Below are positions 19,444-29,174 of a stretch of 44,361 nt of DNA, piece after piece; position 1 is the stretch's first letter; each line of letters starts with the position of its first letter. Origin of the DNA: an uncultured Clostridiaceae bacterium (GTDB taxonomy: Bacteria; Bacillota; Clostridia; Lutisporales; Lutisporaceae); contig CAZMPR010000001.1 of the NCBI GenBank assembly GCA_964568265.1, positions 19,338 to 63,698 on the forward strand, written 5' to 3'. The notes below the pieces were generated by a model. It had not been told where the DNA came from. It searched no databases and worked only from the letters and a program-made list of their open reading frames with translations. The translations under genes and the position numbers were made by a program.

Positions 19444-20538
19444 ATGAAAAATATAAAAATGATTTTGACTAATGCTTTTGCTCCTGATGTAAGAGTATAT
19501 AAGGAGGCAAGGTATTTAGCTGAAAAAGGTTTTGATGTAGAGATATTATGTTGGGATAGAGAAAATGCATACTTAGATCGTGAAACAGAGATATTAGAGG
19601 GTATAAGAATAAGAAGGTTTTTCCCTTATTCTGAATATGGGACTGGTCTTAAGCAATTGGGTTCGTTTATCAAATTCATTAACGAATGTAGGAATTATTT
19701 GAAGGATAAAAAATATGAATATATACACTGTCATGACTTAGATGGGGTAATTGCAGGTTATTTTGCAAGACAAAACCATGCAAGATTGATATTTGATATG
19801 CATGAGTTTTATGAAGTAAATGGTAAGAAGCAAAAGATTAGATATATAGTAAGATGGGTAGTGAACTACTTTCAAAACAAATCTGATTATATAATATATG
19901 TAAATGAAATACAGTCAAAGTTTATGCTTAATTGCAATAAAATTAAATTAGTCTATTTACCCAATTATCCGGATTCGAAGAATTATATTGGCTGTAAAAA
20001 AAAACAATCGAATAAATTAAGAATTTCATATATAGGTGCGGTTAGGCAATATAATCAGTTAAAGAACTTAATTGATGCGTGTAAAGATATGGATGATGTT
20101 ATGGTATATATACATGGTGAAGGAGTGGACTATAAAAAATTAAATGCAATAAAAAATGATTATAATAATGTGATTGTATCTGGTAAATATGATTTTTCAG
20201 AAAGTGTTAAACTTTTTAATGAAACAGACTTGTTATACGCTTTATATCCTGTAAACAACATACAAAATATAACAGGTTACCCTGTGAAATTATTTGAAAC
20301 TATAATTACAAGAACCCCAATCGTTGGCAGCGTTGGAACATCTTTAGGAGGTTTTATAAAAGAACATGATATTGGATTTGTTGTTGATGGAAGTGATGTT
20401 GGTGAAATAAGAGAGTTAATAATGAGGATTAATCAAAATAGAAAAATACTTAATGACAAAATAAAAAACTTACAAAAAATACAGTTTGATTATAATTGGG
20501 ATGAAGTAGTGGTTAACTTGGATGAGATATATGATTGA
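19444..20538 (+). CDS. GT-B fold glycosyltransferase (GT4-like)
   Basis: ATG 19444 follows GAGAGGTAAGAGG. The N-domain has HCHDLDG/DMHE. The C-terminal GYPVKLFETIITRTPIVGS resembles the GT4 E-x7-E region. Confidence 0.7.
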   Translation: MKNIKMILTNAFAPDVRVYKEARYLAEKGFDVEILCWDRENAYLDRETEILEGIRIRRFFPYSEYGTGLKQLGSFIKFINECRNYLKDKKYEYIHCHDLDGVIAGYFARQNHARLIFDMHEFYEVNGKKQKIRYIVRWVVNYFQNKSDYIIYVNEIQSKFMLNCNKIKLVYLPNYPDSKNYIGCKKKQSNKLRISYIGAVRQYNQLKNLIDACKDMDDVMVYIHGEGVDYKKLNAIKNDYNNVIVSGKYDFSESVKLFNETDLLYALYPVNNIQNITGYPVKLFETIITRTPIVGSVGTSLGGFIKEHDIGFVVDGSDVGEIRELIMRINQNRKILNDKIKNLQKIQFDYNWDEVVVNLDEIYD

Positions 20539-20565
20539 TTATAATTGAGAGGATATGTTTTTAAT

Positions 20566-22275
20566 ATGAAAAAAATCTTTATTTGTTTTATTACTATAAC
20601 AATATTTTTGACAAATTTTATTAATATTACGAAAGCAGAATTACAAAATGAGACTATGATAGAGCAAGATATAAAAGTAAGCATTGATGGTATTCTTCAT
20701 AATGTTGATGAATCAAAACCGTATATTAGCGCTAATAACAATATAATGTTGCCAATTAGAAGTATTGCTGAGAGGTTAGGTAGTAAAGTAAATTGGATGA
20801 GTGAGGAAAACGAGGTAAGAATAAGCCGGAGAAAAGATAATCTAAGTTATGATTTGGTATTAAAGCTATATGATAATATATTTTATAAAAAAGACAACTT
20901 AGACTTTCAAAATACATATTTTGAAATTAAAAATAATCGAAGTTATGCTTCTTTAGACTTTTTCGAAAAGGCGCTTAATATAAAAGTAGAATTTCATGGA
21001 GAAACAAACTTTGTTGTTATAGACACAAATTGTAAGTTAAATAATTTTGAAACAATATATTTAGAAAAAATAGATGACAGGGATATATATTTGTGGGAAC
21101 AAACTATCAAGCCATATTTGGAAGATGATTTATGGATAGAAAAATATTCATATGATGCAGGTCATACTCTTATGGTACCAATGCATGTAGCTTTTTTGTA
21201 TAATAAAGGCGAATGGATAGAACAATTTGCAAATCATTTTAATAGATTTGTCTATCAATACAAAAATCATCAAGATGAGATTGTACAAGAACGGTTGAAT
21301 AGGCTTCATTATTTTTATTTAGCTAGTCAATATATGGTTTTATGTGAAAAGACGAATAAATTAGACTTAATACCTCCTGGGCTATTTGATATTATTAATG
21401 ATACAATATATGAAATTTGGACAGTTGAGCCTGCATGGCAGTGGAATAGAAATCCTTTTGCAGGAGGCATGAAAGAAAGATTGAGGTGGAAATTAGATAC
21501 TAAAGATGTTGATAAAAGTTACTATAGGACAATAATAGATGAAGAAAACTTTACTATGGCTATAGCTGCTGATTTATTTGTACTTGAAAATAAGAAAATA
21601 AATGATTATAAAAATGAAATTTTGGATTATGCATTTGAAGTATTCAGTCAAGAAGGAGCTTGGGGTAGCGATGATACTTGGTTGTTTCAACCAGGAGTAT
21701 CTTGGCAACATGGAGATTATGCTTATGTAGGGAATGATATAAAATCAGATAACATTGAACCAAAAGCTATAATAGATATAGCGGGAGATACATCTCATAG
21801 TACAAGACTACCTTTGTGGATTAATAGTTACACTACTGCTTTTAATAATTTTGATGATGACAAGAGGGACTATTTTATAAGAGTAAGATATGGACTTGAA
21901 AAACAATTTTATGAAAATGTGTTAGTAAAACCTGATTTGGATTTTGGGAGCTATAGAACAAAGAACTTTATGGATGGTAGAAATGGAATATTTAGATGGA
22001 ATTATCCGACTCAAGGTCTTGGAAAAGGGTATGGACCATACGAATTATCAGGCACATTGATGCTTGGGTGGTGGGGATTCCTAAACACTGAAAGAATCAG
22101 AGAAGCATATATGGATATAGCATTATTATATCCGTTTTCTGAAGATATGATAGTGACTTATGTAGGACCTAATACCTCTAGAGAAAGGAATAAGCTAAAT
22201 GTTAGTCCAGACGAATATTATAATGGTAAGGTAGAACTAGCAATTAGGCTTGCAAGTAAGTTGTACACAGAATAA
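20566..22275 (+). CDS. secreted protein: signal peptide + copper-amine-oxidase N-terminal-like (stalk) domain + ~400-aa uncharacterised domain
   Basis: MKKIFICFITITIFLTNFINITKA is signal-like. ISANNNIMLPIRSIAERLGSKVNWMSEENEVRI matches the Cu_amine_oxidN1-type fold common in Clostridia. I recognise no motif in the remainder. Confidence 0.6.
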   Translation: MKKIFICFITITIFLTNFINITKAELQNETMIEQDIKVSIDGILHNVDESKPYISANNNIMLPIRSIAERLGSKVNWMSEENEVRISRRKDNLSYDLVLKLYDNIFYKKDNLDFQNTYFEIKNNRSYASLDFFEKALNIKVEFHGETNFVVIDTNCKLNNFETIYLEKIDDRDIYLWEQTIKPYLEDDLWIEKYSYDAGHTLMVPMHVAFLYNKGEWIEQFANHFNRFVYQYKNHQDEIVQERLNRLHYFYLASQYMVLCEKTNKLDLIPPGLFDIINDTIYEIWTVEPAWQWNRNPFAGGMKERLRWKLDTKDVDKSYYRTIIDEENFTMAIAADLFVLENKKINDYKNEILDYAFEVFSQEGAWGSDDTWLFQPGVSWQHGDYAYVGNDIKSDNIEPKAIIDIAGDTSHSTRLPLWINSYTTAFNNFDDDKRDYFIRVRYGLEKQFYENVLVKPDLDFGSYRTKNFMDGRNGIFRWNYPTQGLGKGYGPYELSGTLMLGWWGFLNTERIREAYMDIALLYPFSEDMIVTYVGPNTSRERNKLNVSPDEYYNGKVELAIRLASKLYTE

Positions 22276-22449
22276 TGTTTGTTCTTACATAAGGTTAATG
22301 ATTTGATGGTTAAAATGGAAGACCATTTTATAGAAGGGTTTAATGAAATAGTGATGTTATATCGTTATTAAAGAAATAGACTTAAAAAAAAGAACTGAAT
22401 AATTATAAATTATTATAATGTATATATAAAGAATTAAGGTGGTTTTTTT

Positions 22450-24084
22450 ATGATTATTAGTCTTGATACATTAGATGTTTTTGATAAGAATAAACATTAT
22501 GAAATATATAAATACAATGGTTTCATATGTTATTTACAAGGATATATTTTTTGTGCAGGAAAAAAGTCAGGAAGTGAAAGTGTAAAAGAAATACTAAATC
22601 AATATGCAGGAAATGGGACTATTGATTTTAATATGTTTTATGGTGCTTATCGCGTATTTATAATAGATAACAATAGTAACCAAATCATATTTTTTAATGA
22701 TAATGCAGGTAATTCGTGTTATTATTACAGCATAAATGAAAATATTATTTCTGATAGTTTTTTAGAGTTAAGTAGCAAGTGTGAAAGCTTAGTTCCTAAT
22801 TATGATGCGATTACTCAGTTTATTCATTTTAACTGTATATTTAGTGAAGAAACAATTTGTGAACAAATATTTCGAACCGAAGCAGAGTTTTATTATACAT
22901 ATAGAGATTCAAGAATAGTGAGAATAAAAAAGAATTTAAAGCTATGGGATACTAATAAGAAGTATAAAAATTTACATCAGTTTATGGATGATTTAGTTTG
23001 CTCAGCAAAAGGATTAAAGATAGCGAGCGTTATAACAGGCGGTACTGATAGTAGAACTGTTTTATCCCACCTTATTGCTTTAAAGGCGGAGTTTGATTTA
23101 GTAATTTCAGGAAGGGCACAGATGGTTGATGTTCAAATTGCAAAAAGGATAGCAAGTCATTTAGATTTACCAATTTATATAAGTGATGAAAGTGTGGATG
23201 CTGCAGATTCAAATTGGTTAAAAGAACTTTTTATCAAAACTGATGGAGTTTACGGAACCTTTTCACTTCACAGATTGTATAAGATGGGTATTATGCTAAA
23301 ACAAATGGGTATACAGTTAAAAATAGGTGGGGTAGCAGGGGAACTGTATAAAAATAGTTTTTTAAATCAAGATTTTCCGTTTTATAATTATGGAGAAAGT
23401 AATACTAAAAAGTTTTATAGACTTAAAATAAATCCTGCAAAGTTCAGCTCTTCTTATTTTACAGGTACAATTTTAAGCTGTAAAACAAATATGGAGGATA
23501 AAATTATAAAGAATCTATTTTCAATAGATAAAGATAAAAAACGAAACGAATATTTTAAAGCTGGAGCTAAATCTATGAAATATAGAATTATTACGCAATC
23601 AAATTCTGAGAATTTGTCTATATCGAGTATTTCTCCATTCGTTGAACCGGAAATGATGAAACTGACTTATAATGCAAACCCATGGAGATTGGAAACTAAT
23701 AAATGGCAGAGGAAAGAAGTATCAACGTATTGTAAGGAAATAGCAGATATAAAAACAGATCGTGGTTTAACGCTTTTAAATTCAAAGCTGCAAATATTAA
23801 AAGAATTTATCTTAACTTATTTATTTTTGTTTAAAGTTGGCTTAAAAAGAACAGTATTCAAAAAGAAACAAAAAAATAAAGTGAATAGGTTAGAATCATT
23901 CGTAAAAGGAAGAAAATTACTGCAGTTTAAATTATCAATGGAAAGATGCAAAGAATTAAATATATTAGCGAAAAATATTGATATAGATGATATACCTGAT
24001 ATCTTAGCCGACCGCTTAATGACAATAGGGCTTGTTTTTATGAAATATGCAGAAACGGTGATGGATACGAAAAATGAAAGTTAA
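22450..24084 (+). CDS. asparagine synthase (AsnB)-like PP-loop amidotransferase lacking the N-terminal Cys nucleophile
   Basis: The PP-loop-like motif is VITGGTDSRTVL (SGGxDS type). The N-terminal segment GAYRVFIIDNNSNQIIFFNDNAGNSCYYY resembles the Ntn-glutaminase core of AsnB. However, the protein starts MIISLD, not MCG. Confidence 0.6.
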   Translation: MIISLDTLDVFDKNKHYEIYKYNGFICYLQGYIFCAGKKSGSESVKEILNQYAGNGTIDFNMFYGAYRVFIIDNNSNQIIFFNDNAGNSCYYYSINENIISDSFLELSSKCESLVPNYDAITQFIHFNCIFSEETICEQIFRTEAEFYYTYRDSRIVRIKKNLKLWDTNKKYKNLHQFMDDLVCSAKGLKIASVITGGTDSRTVLSHLIALKAEFDLVISGRAQMVDVQIAKRIASHLDLPIYISDESVDAADSNWLKELFIKTDGVYGTFSLHRLYKMGIMLKQMGIQLKIGGVAGELYKNSFLNQDFPFYNYGESNTKKFYRLKINPAKFSSSYFTGTILSCKTNMEDKIIKNLFSIDKDKKRNEYFKAGAKSMKYRIITQSNSENLSISSISPFVEPEMMKLTYNANPWRLETNKWQRKEVSTYCKEIADIKTDRGLTLLNSKLQILKEFILTYLFLFKVGLKRTVFKKKQKNKVNRLESFVKGRKLLQFKLSMERCKELNILAKNIDIDDIPDILADRLMTIGLVFMKYAETVMDTKNES

Positions 24085-25384
24085 AAACACTATAACCACC
24101 ATATCAAAAAATATAATTCAAGGAGATAAGAAAATAAGTATAATCATAATGTCATCATTTGTAATACTTAGTATTCAATATCTCATATTAATATATTTTC
24201 AATTAATTGGTACAAGCTTAGGTCAATTGATTCAATTATTATCTAAAATTATTATAGGTTTTTTTTATTTATCTGCCTTACTAATTGTACTACGAAGAAA
24301 TAAAATTAAATTCTTAGGTATTTATTTAATTGCGATAATTATCTTTGCATATAATTTACTATTTTTCCCCAAAAATTGGGAGTATTTGAAACTTGTAATT
24401 TTTCCATTGTTTTTTACTTGCTTGCCTTCATTTATTTATGCATATAGTATAGATGATCAAGATATCTTGATGAGTATTATGGAAAAGGCAAGCAAGATAG
24501 TGTTTGTAGTGGGTCTTATACTTAGCATATTAGTTTTTATCGGCAAGTCTTCTGTAGGATCATATAGTATGGTTTTCTCTTATTATATGTTGTTGCCATC
24601 TATTATTTATTTAAATAAACTTATGGAAAGTTTCTCTTTCAAATATGTTGCTTATTTAATAACCTTACTTTTTATTATACTTAGTTTAGGAGCTAGAGGA
24701 CCTGTGTTGTGCATTGGTGTTTTTGTAATGTTAAAAATTATGAAGCTATTTAATAAAATTACACTTTTCAGCACTTTTGCTTATATTGCCATGTTTTTTG
24801 TAATTATAATTGGGTTTATATATAAAGAAACAGTTCTTATTCATATTAATGATTTGTTTTTAAATATGGGGATAAGCAGTAGGACATTAACATTACTTAT
24901 TAGAAAGGATATATATCTAAGTGGCAGAGAAGAGCTATATAAAACCGTTTTAGATAGTTTTTATGCAAACCCAATTTTGGGCATAGGCTTAGCTGGTGAT
25001 AGAGTTATTTTGGAGGGCACATATGCACATAATATTTTTTTAGAACTATTAGCACACTTTGGGTTCGTTGCCGGTTTATTCATTATTGTTGCGATATTAT
25101 ATATTTTTATAAAAGATTTGTTTGTAAAAGATAGAAACAAATACGATATCTTCATAATATGGTTAGCTATTGGATTCATTCCTTTATTTATAAGCGGTTC
25201 ATATTTACTTGATTCCCGTTTTTGGATATTGTTAGGCTTATCAAGCAAGATTTTAAAAACGGATAAAGGTGGAGGTAATTATCATTCCGCTAACAGTAAC
25301 ATACATGTTAGTATTCAAAATAGAATTCAACAGGAAGTTAATGCAGCGGGAGGAGACATATGTCACAATCAAAAAGAGCAGTAA
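24074..25384 (+). CDS. O-antigen polymerase/ligase family membrane protein (Wzy-like)
   Basis: About 10 or more hydrophobic spans. GARGPVLCIG and YAHNIFLELLAHFGFVAGL fit the Wzy_C/O-antigen ligase signature. Confidence 0.75.
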   Translation: MKVKNTITTISKNIIQGDKKISIIIMSSFVILSIQYLILIYFQLIGTSLGQLIQLLSKIIIGFFYLSALLIVLRRNKIKFLGIYLIAIIIFAYNLLFFPKNWEYLKLVIFPLFFTCLPSFIYAYSIDDQDILMSIMEKASKIVFVVGLILSILVFIGKSSVGSYSMVFSYYMLLPSIIYLNKLMESFSFKYVAYLITLLFIILSLGARGPVLCIGVFVMLKIMKLFNKITLFSTFAYIAMFFVIIIGFIYKETVLIHINDLFLNMGISSRTLTLLIRKDIYLSGREELYKTVLDSFYANPILGIGLAGDRVILEGTYAHNIFLELLAHFGFVAGLFIIVAILYIFIKDLFVKDRNKYDIFIIWLAIGFIPLFISGSYLLDSRFWILLGLSSKILKTDKGGGNYHSANSNIHVSIQNRIQQEVNAAGGDICHNQKEQ

Positions 25385-26910
25385 AATCTGCTATTATAAT
25401 AATCGTATTTACAATAGCAAGCAAGTTACTTGGTTTTGTTCGGGAATCACTGATTGCTGCAAAATTTGGCTCTGGTGCTACTACAGATACATTTTTCATT
25501 TCTCTTACTGCTATTTCATTGTTTACATCAATTATTATCAGTTCTATAAATAATACTATGATTCCTATTTTGTCTGAAGTTGAAGCCATAGAAGGGAAAA
25601 AGGGGAAAAAGGAGCATACAAATAATTTTTTAAATATAGTTGTTTTATCTTCTATCTTTATTATGATTTTGGCATGGTTTTTGGCTCCGATTATTCTACG
25701 AGTATTGGCATACGGTTTTCATGGTGAGCAACGACAGTCAGCTTTATTAATGATGAGAATTGGGTTATCAGCTATTATTTTTGCCAGTATTCAGGGCGTT
25801 TTCAGAGGTTATCTCCAAAGCGAATTAATGTTTATAGAATCAGCAGCCACATTGTTTCCATTTAATATTGTATATTTGATTTATTTGATTTTTTTATCAA
25901 GTATTTTTGGTATAAAGGGGTTAATGGTTACATCTGTTTTTGCTGTAGCTGCACAGATTATCATTCAGCTTCCCGGAGTTAGAAAAACAGGATATAGATA
26001 TAAAGCCGTTTTAAATCTGAAAGATGAGTATGTTAGAAAAATAGTTTTATTGATACCACCTGTTCTCATGAGTGTTGCAATCGTAGATTTAAACAAAATA
26101 ATTGACAAGTCTATGGCTTCCACACTTGTCGCTGGAAGCATTTCTGCTCTTAATTATGCAGATAGGCTAAATGGAATTATAATTAGTATATTTGTTTCTG
26201 CAATTTCGACAGTAATATTTCCCATGTTGTCTAACGAAGCAAATAAGAGCACTTATGATAAATATAAAAAGGTAACAATAAGTGGAATTAATACAGTTTT
26301 ATTAATAACAATACCAGCAACTATTGCAATGATAATTCTTGCCAATCCATTAGTTAGGATAGCTTTTCAAAGAGGAGCTTTTAGCACAGATGCAACGCAT
26401 ATGACCGTTGGAGCTTTAATTTTTTATTCTATAGGACTCGTAGGTTTAGCATTACTGTCTTTATTAAATTTGACTTATTATTCTCTTCAAGACACAAGAA
26501 CTCCTATGATAATTAGCTTTATTGCTGTTGGTATTAATATTATATTTAATTTTATTTTGATAAAATCCATGGCTCATAGAGGTTTAGCTTTAGCAACATC
26601 AATTTCATCAATAATTGCATCTTTATTATTAATATACGGTTTAAAAAAGAAAATAGGTTCTTTTGGTTTTTTAAAATCAGTAAAATGCGGTATTAAAGCT
26701 TTGTTTGCATCTGCAATAATGGGGGTTGTTGTATATTTTATTAATATAGCACTAAAGGGGAGTATGGAGGGCAGCACCTTATCTGAGTTTATTGCATTAT
26801 CGATAACTGCTGGTGCAGGTTTATTAGTCTATTCGATAATAATTTATTTCTTTCGGATTGAGGAAACGGAGTGGGTTATAAAGGTTGTGAGGGAAAGGTT
26901 GAGAAAGTGA
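25360..26910 (+). CDS. murJ: MurJ/MviN-family (MOP superfamily) lipid-linked glycan flippase
   Basis: 516 aa and polytopic. The canonical MurJ N-terminus TIASKLLGFVRESLIAAKFGSGATTDTFF is present. A strong GGGAGGAG ribosome-binding site precedes the start. Confidence 0.8.
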   Translation: MSQSKRAVKSAIIIIVFTIASKLLGFVRESLIAAKFGSGATTDTFFISLTAISLFTSIIISSINNTMIPILSEVEAIEGKKGKKEHTNNFLNIVVLSSIFIMILAWFLAPIILRVLAYGFHGEQRQSALLMMRIGLSAIIFASIQGVFRGYLQSELMFIESAATLFPFNIVYLIYLIFLSSIFGIKGLMVTSVFAVAAQIIIQLPGVRKTGYRYKAVLNLKDEYVRKIVLLIPPVLMSVAIVDLNKIIDKSMASTLVAGSISALNYADRLNGIIISIFVSAISTVIFPMLSNEANKSTYDKYKKVTISGINTVLLITIPATIAMIILANPLVRIAFQRGAFSTDATHMTVGALIFYSIGLVGLALLSLLNLTYYSLQDTRTPMIISFIAVGINIIFNFILIKSMAHRGLALATSISSIIASLLLIYGLKKKIGSFGFLKSVKCGIKALFASAIMGVVVYFINIALKGSMEGSTLSEFIALSITAGAGLLVYSIIIYFFRIEETEWVIKVVRERLRK

Positions 26911-26922
26911 TAGAGGTGTTTA

Positions 26923-27790
26923 ATGGCTATTGGATTACAAGATAGATATAAGGATGAGACCTTCGTAGTTCAAACCGCAAAAAGGCCAATGGTATATTTG
27001 GATAATTGGGCTATTAATTGGTTTATGGGAGATACAAGCTTGGGGTGATCAGTTTATAAAAATAGTTAAGAATAATGGTGGGACTGTTGCTTTTTCATTA
27101 TTAAATCTTTATGAAATTGTGGCCAGGGATGATGTAAAACAAAAATATAGAATTATGCAATTCATCGGCAGATTGAATAATGTTTTTATTGAAATAAACC
27201 CCTATAAAGTAGAAAGGCGAGAAAACTTATTTGGGATGGATCCCATAAAATGTTTTGAAAACCAAACTTGGGCACATCAAGAGCTAATAGAATCATTAGC
27301 TTTATATGCTAGACCTTGTAAGCCTTTAAATGTAGCAGAAGCTTTATACTTATTAGATAATGAGATAAAAAGCGGCTATTTAATAAAAAAAGAACGTTTT
27401 GATAAAGAGTTAATGCCTATAATTAAAGCATATAGAGATTCAGAAGAAAAAAGAAAAGAAGCAAAACGAATTATTCAAAATAAAATTATGTTAAAGGAAA
27501 AAGATAGTCTTTATACAAAAGATATAGCACAGTATGCCTTCAGCTATATTGTTAGTAATGAGAACATGAAAATGGGCGAGAACGAATGGTTTGATTTATT
27601 TCATTTACTTGTTCCTGTGTCATATTGTGATTTTGTATTAGCCGATAGAAGATGGTTTCATTTTTCCAAAACAACAGGAATATGCTATCCACATATTGCA
27701 AAGGTATATGGACCAAATAATATTGAAGATTTTATAGCTGATCTAAGAGATGCAAAGGGACACGGACAAGGGGATAGTCGAAGCCACTGA
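26923..27790 (+). pseudogene. hypothetical protein gene split by a frameshift near a G-run (about 27041-27048)
   Basis: ATG 26923 (frame 1) reads MAIGLQDRYKDETFVVQTAKRPMVYLDNWAINWFMGDTSLG, then TGA at 27046-27048. Frame 2 is open from 26969 and continues ...GDQFIKIVKNNGGTVAFSLLNLYEIVARDD into the 27119-27790 ORF of the track. One gene-sized reading requires a 1-nt shift at TTGGGGTGA. Confidence 0.5.
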
Positions 27791-27968
27791 GATAATAAAT
27801 GATTTAAGAAATAATGGCAGTGGCTTTATGGCTGATACCATTAAATAAGCCGATTATTGTATTGAATACTATGGATATGGTTTTCCATGAAAAATTAGCA
27901 GTACTTAGGTGGCTCACTTTCGAGGAGAACGTAGGGTGGCTCAAATTCAAACGAGAGGGAGTTTTTGG

Positions 27969-27997
27969 TTGACAAATATAGTAGAGAATTGTTTACT
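27969..27997 (+). promoter_or_regulatory. candidate sigma-70-type promoter for galU
   Basis: TTGACA (27969-27974), a 17-nt spacer, then TTTACT (27992-27997), about 40 nt upstream of the galU ribosome-binding site. Confidence 0.4.
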
Positions 27998-28039
27998 GCT
28001 TGATTAATAAGGGAATAACAATTTTGGAGGTGTATATCT

Positions 28040-28951
28040 ATGAAAATGCGTAAGGCTGTTATTCCAGCAGCCGGTCTTGGAACAAGATTTTTACCGGCGA
28101 CAAAAGCCATGCCGAAAGAAATGCTGCCAATTGTTGATAAACCGACAATTCAATATATTATAGAAGAAGCTGTGGCATCCGGCATAGAAGAAATTTTGAT
28201 TATCACTGGGCGAAGTAAACGAGCCATTGAGGACCATTTTGATCGTTCTGTTGAGTTGGAGATAGAACTGGAAAAGAAACATAATAACGGGCTGCTCAAA
28301 ATGGTAAGAGACATATCTGAAATGGTAGATATCCATTACATTCGCCAAAAAAAAGCTAAAGGACTGGGACATGCTATTTATTGTGCTAGGACCTTTGTAG
28401 GAAATGAACCCTTTGCTGTATTGTTAGGTGATGATGTGGTACATAACGGAGAGAAGCCATGTTTGAAACAGATGATTGAAATTTATGATAAATATGGATC
28501 CAGTATTTTAGGTGTGCAGGAAGTTGCGGATGAGGATATCAATAAGTACGGGATTGTAGCCGGGGATAGGGTATCGGATAACGTCTATAAGGTAGATGAT
28601 TTAGTTGAGAAGCCATCGATAAGTGAGGCTCCATCCAATGTAGCTATATTGGGACGATATATTATTAACCCGGGGATTTTTGATATTTTAGCCGGGACCA
28701 AACCCGGCAAGGGTGGAGAAATACAACTTACCGATGCTTTAAAGGTATTGGCTGCAAAAGAAGACATGTATGCTTATATATTTGAGGGTAAGCGTTATGA
28801 TGTAGGGGATAAGTTGGGTTTTTTAGAAGCTACTGTGGAGTTTGCCTTAAGGCGGAATGATTTGAAGGATGAGTTTTTGCAGTATTTAATTAATGTAGTA
28901 GAGAAAGAAGTAGGGGCTTTAGGAAAGGTAGCCGACAGGAGAGATTGTTAG
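28040..28951 (+). CDS. galU: UTP-glucose-1-phosphate uridylyltransferase
   Basis: The canonical N-terminus KAVIPAAGLGTRFLPATKAMPKEMLPIVDKPTIQY is present, with GGAGGTG 7 nt upstream of the start. 303 aa. Confidence 0.92.
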   Translation: MKMRKAVIPAAGLGTRFLPATKAMPKEMLPIVDKPTIQYIIEEAVASGIEEILIITGRSKRAIEDHFDRSVELEIELEKKHNNGLLKMVRDISEMVDIHYIRQKKAKGLGHAIYCARTFVGNEPFAVLLGDDVVHNGEKPCLKQMIEIYDKYGSSILGVQEVADEDINKYGIVAGDRVSDNVYKVDDLVEKPSISEAPSNVAILGRYIINPGIFDILAGTKPGKGGEIQLTDALKVLAAKEDMYAYIFEGKRYDVGDKLGFLEATVEFALRRNDLKDEFLQYLINVVEKEVGALGKVADRRDC

Positions 28952-29174
28952 ATCCCAGCGGATGTACGGTTAATTCTTGGATATTTAGTAGGTGAAAATT
29001 TTGGAGACTGAATCTAAAAATATAATGTCAGTATGTGATTTATATAAAACTTTCATAACGAACCGATTAAGCGATATTTTAGAATATGATGAGAAGCCTA
29101 ATGAAAAGTATGGTTAACTATATAAAAAATTGTATTATTTAGATAGTTCACTGATGTAGAGAGGGGTGAATCTA

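Noticed and set aside
27895-28110. Minus-strand 71-aa ORF overlapping the galU start
   Set aside because: It overlaps the galU promoter, ribosome-binding site and N-terminus. Its repetitive FEFEPP/LESEPP translation merely reflects the 27-nt direct repeat.
29018-29110. 30-codon ORF (MSVCDLYKTFITNRLSDILEYDEKPNEKYG) upstream of the SIR2-STAND gene
   Set aside because: It has no ribosome-binding site, is very short, and shows no motif. It may be a gene fragment, but this cannot be supported.
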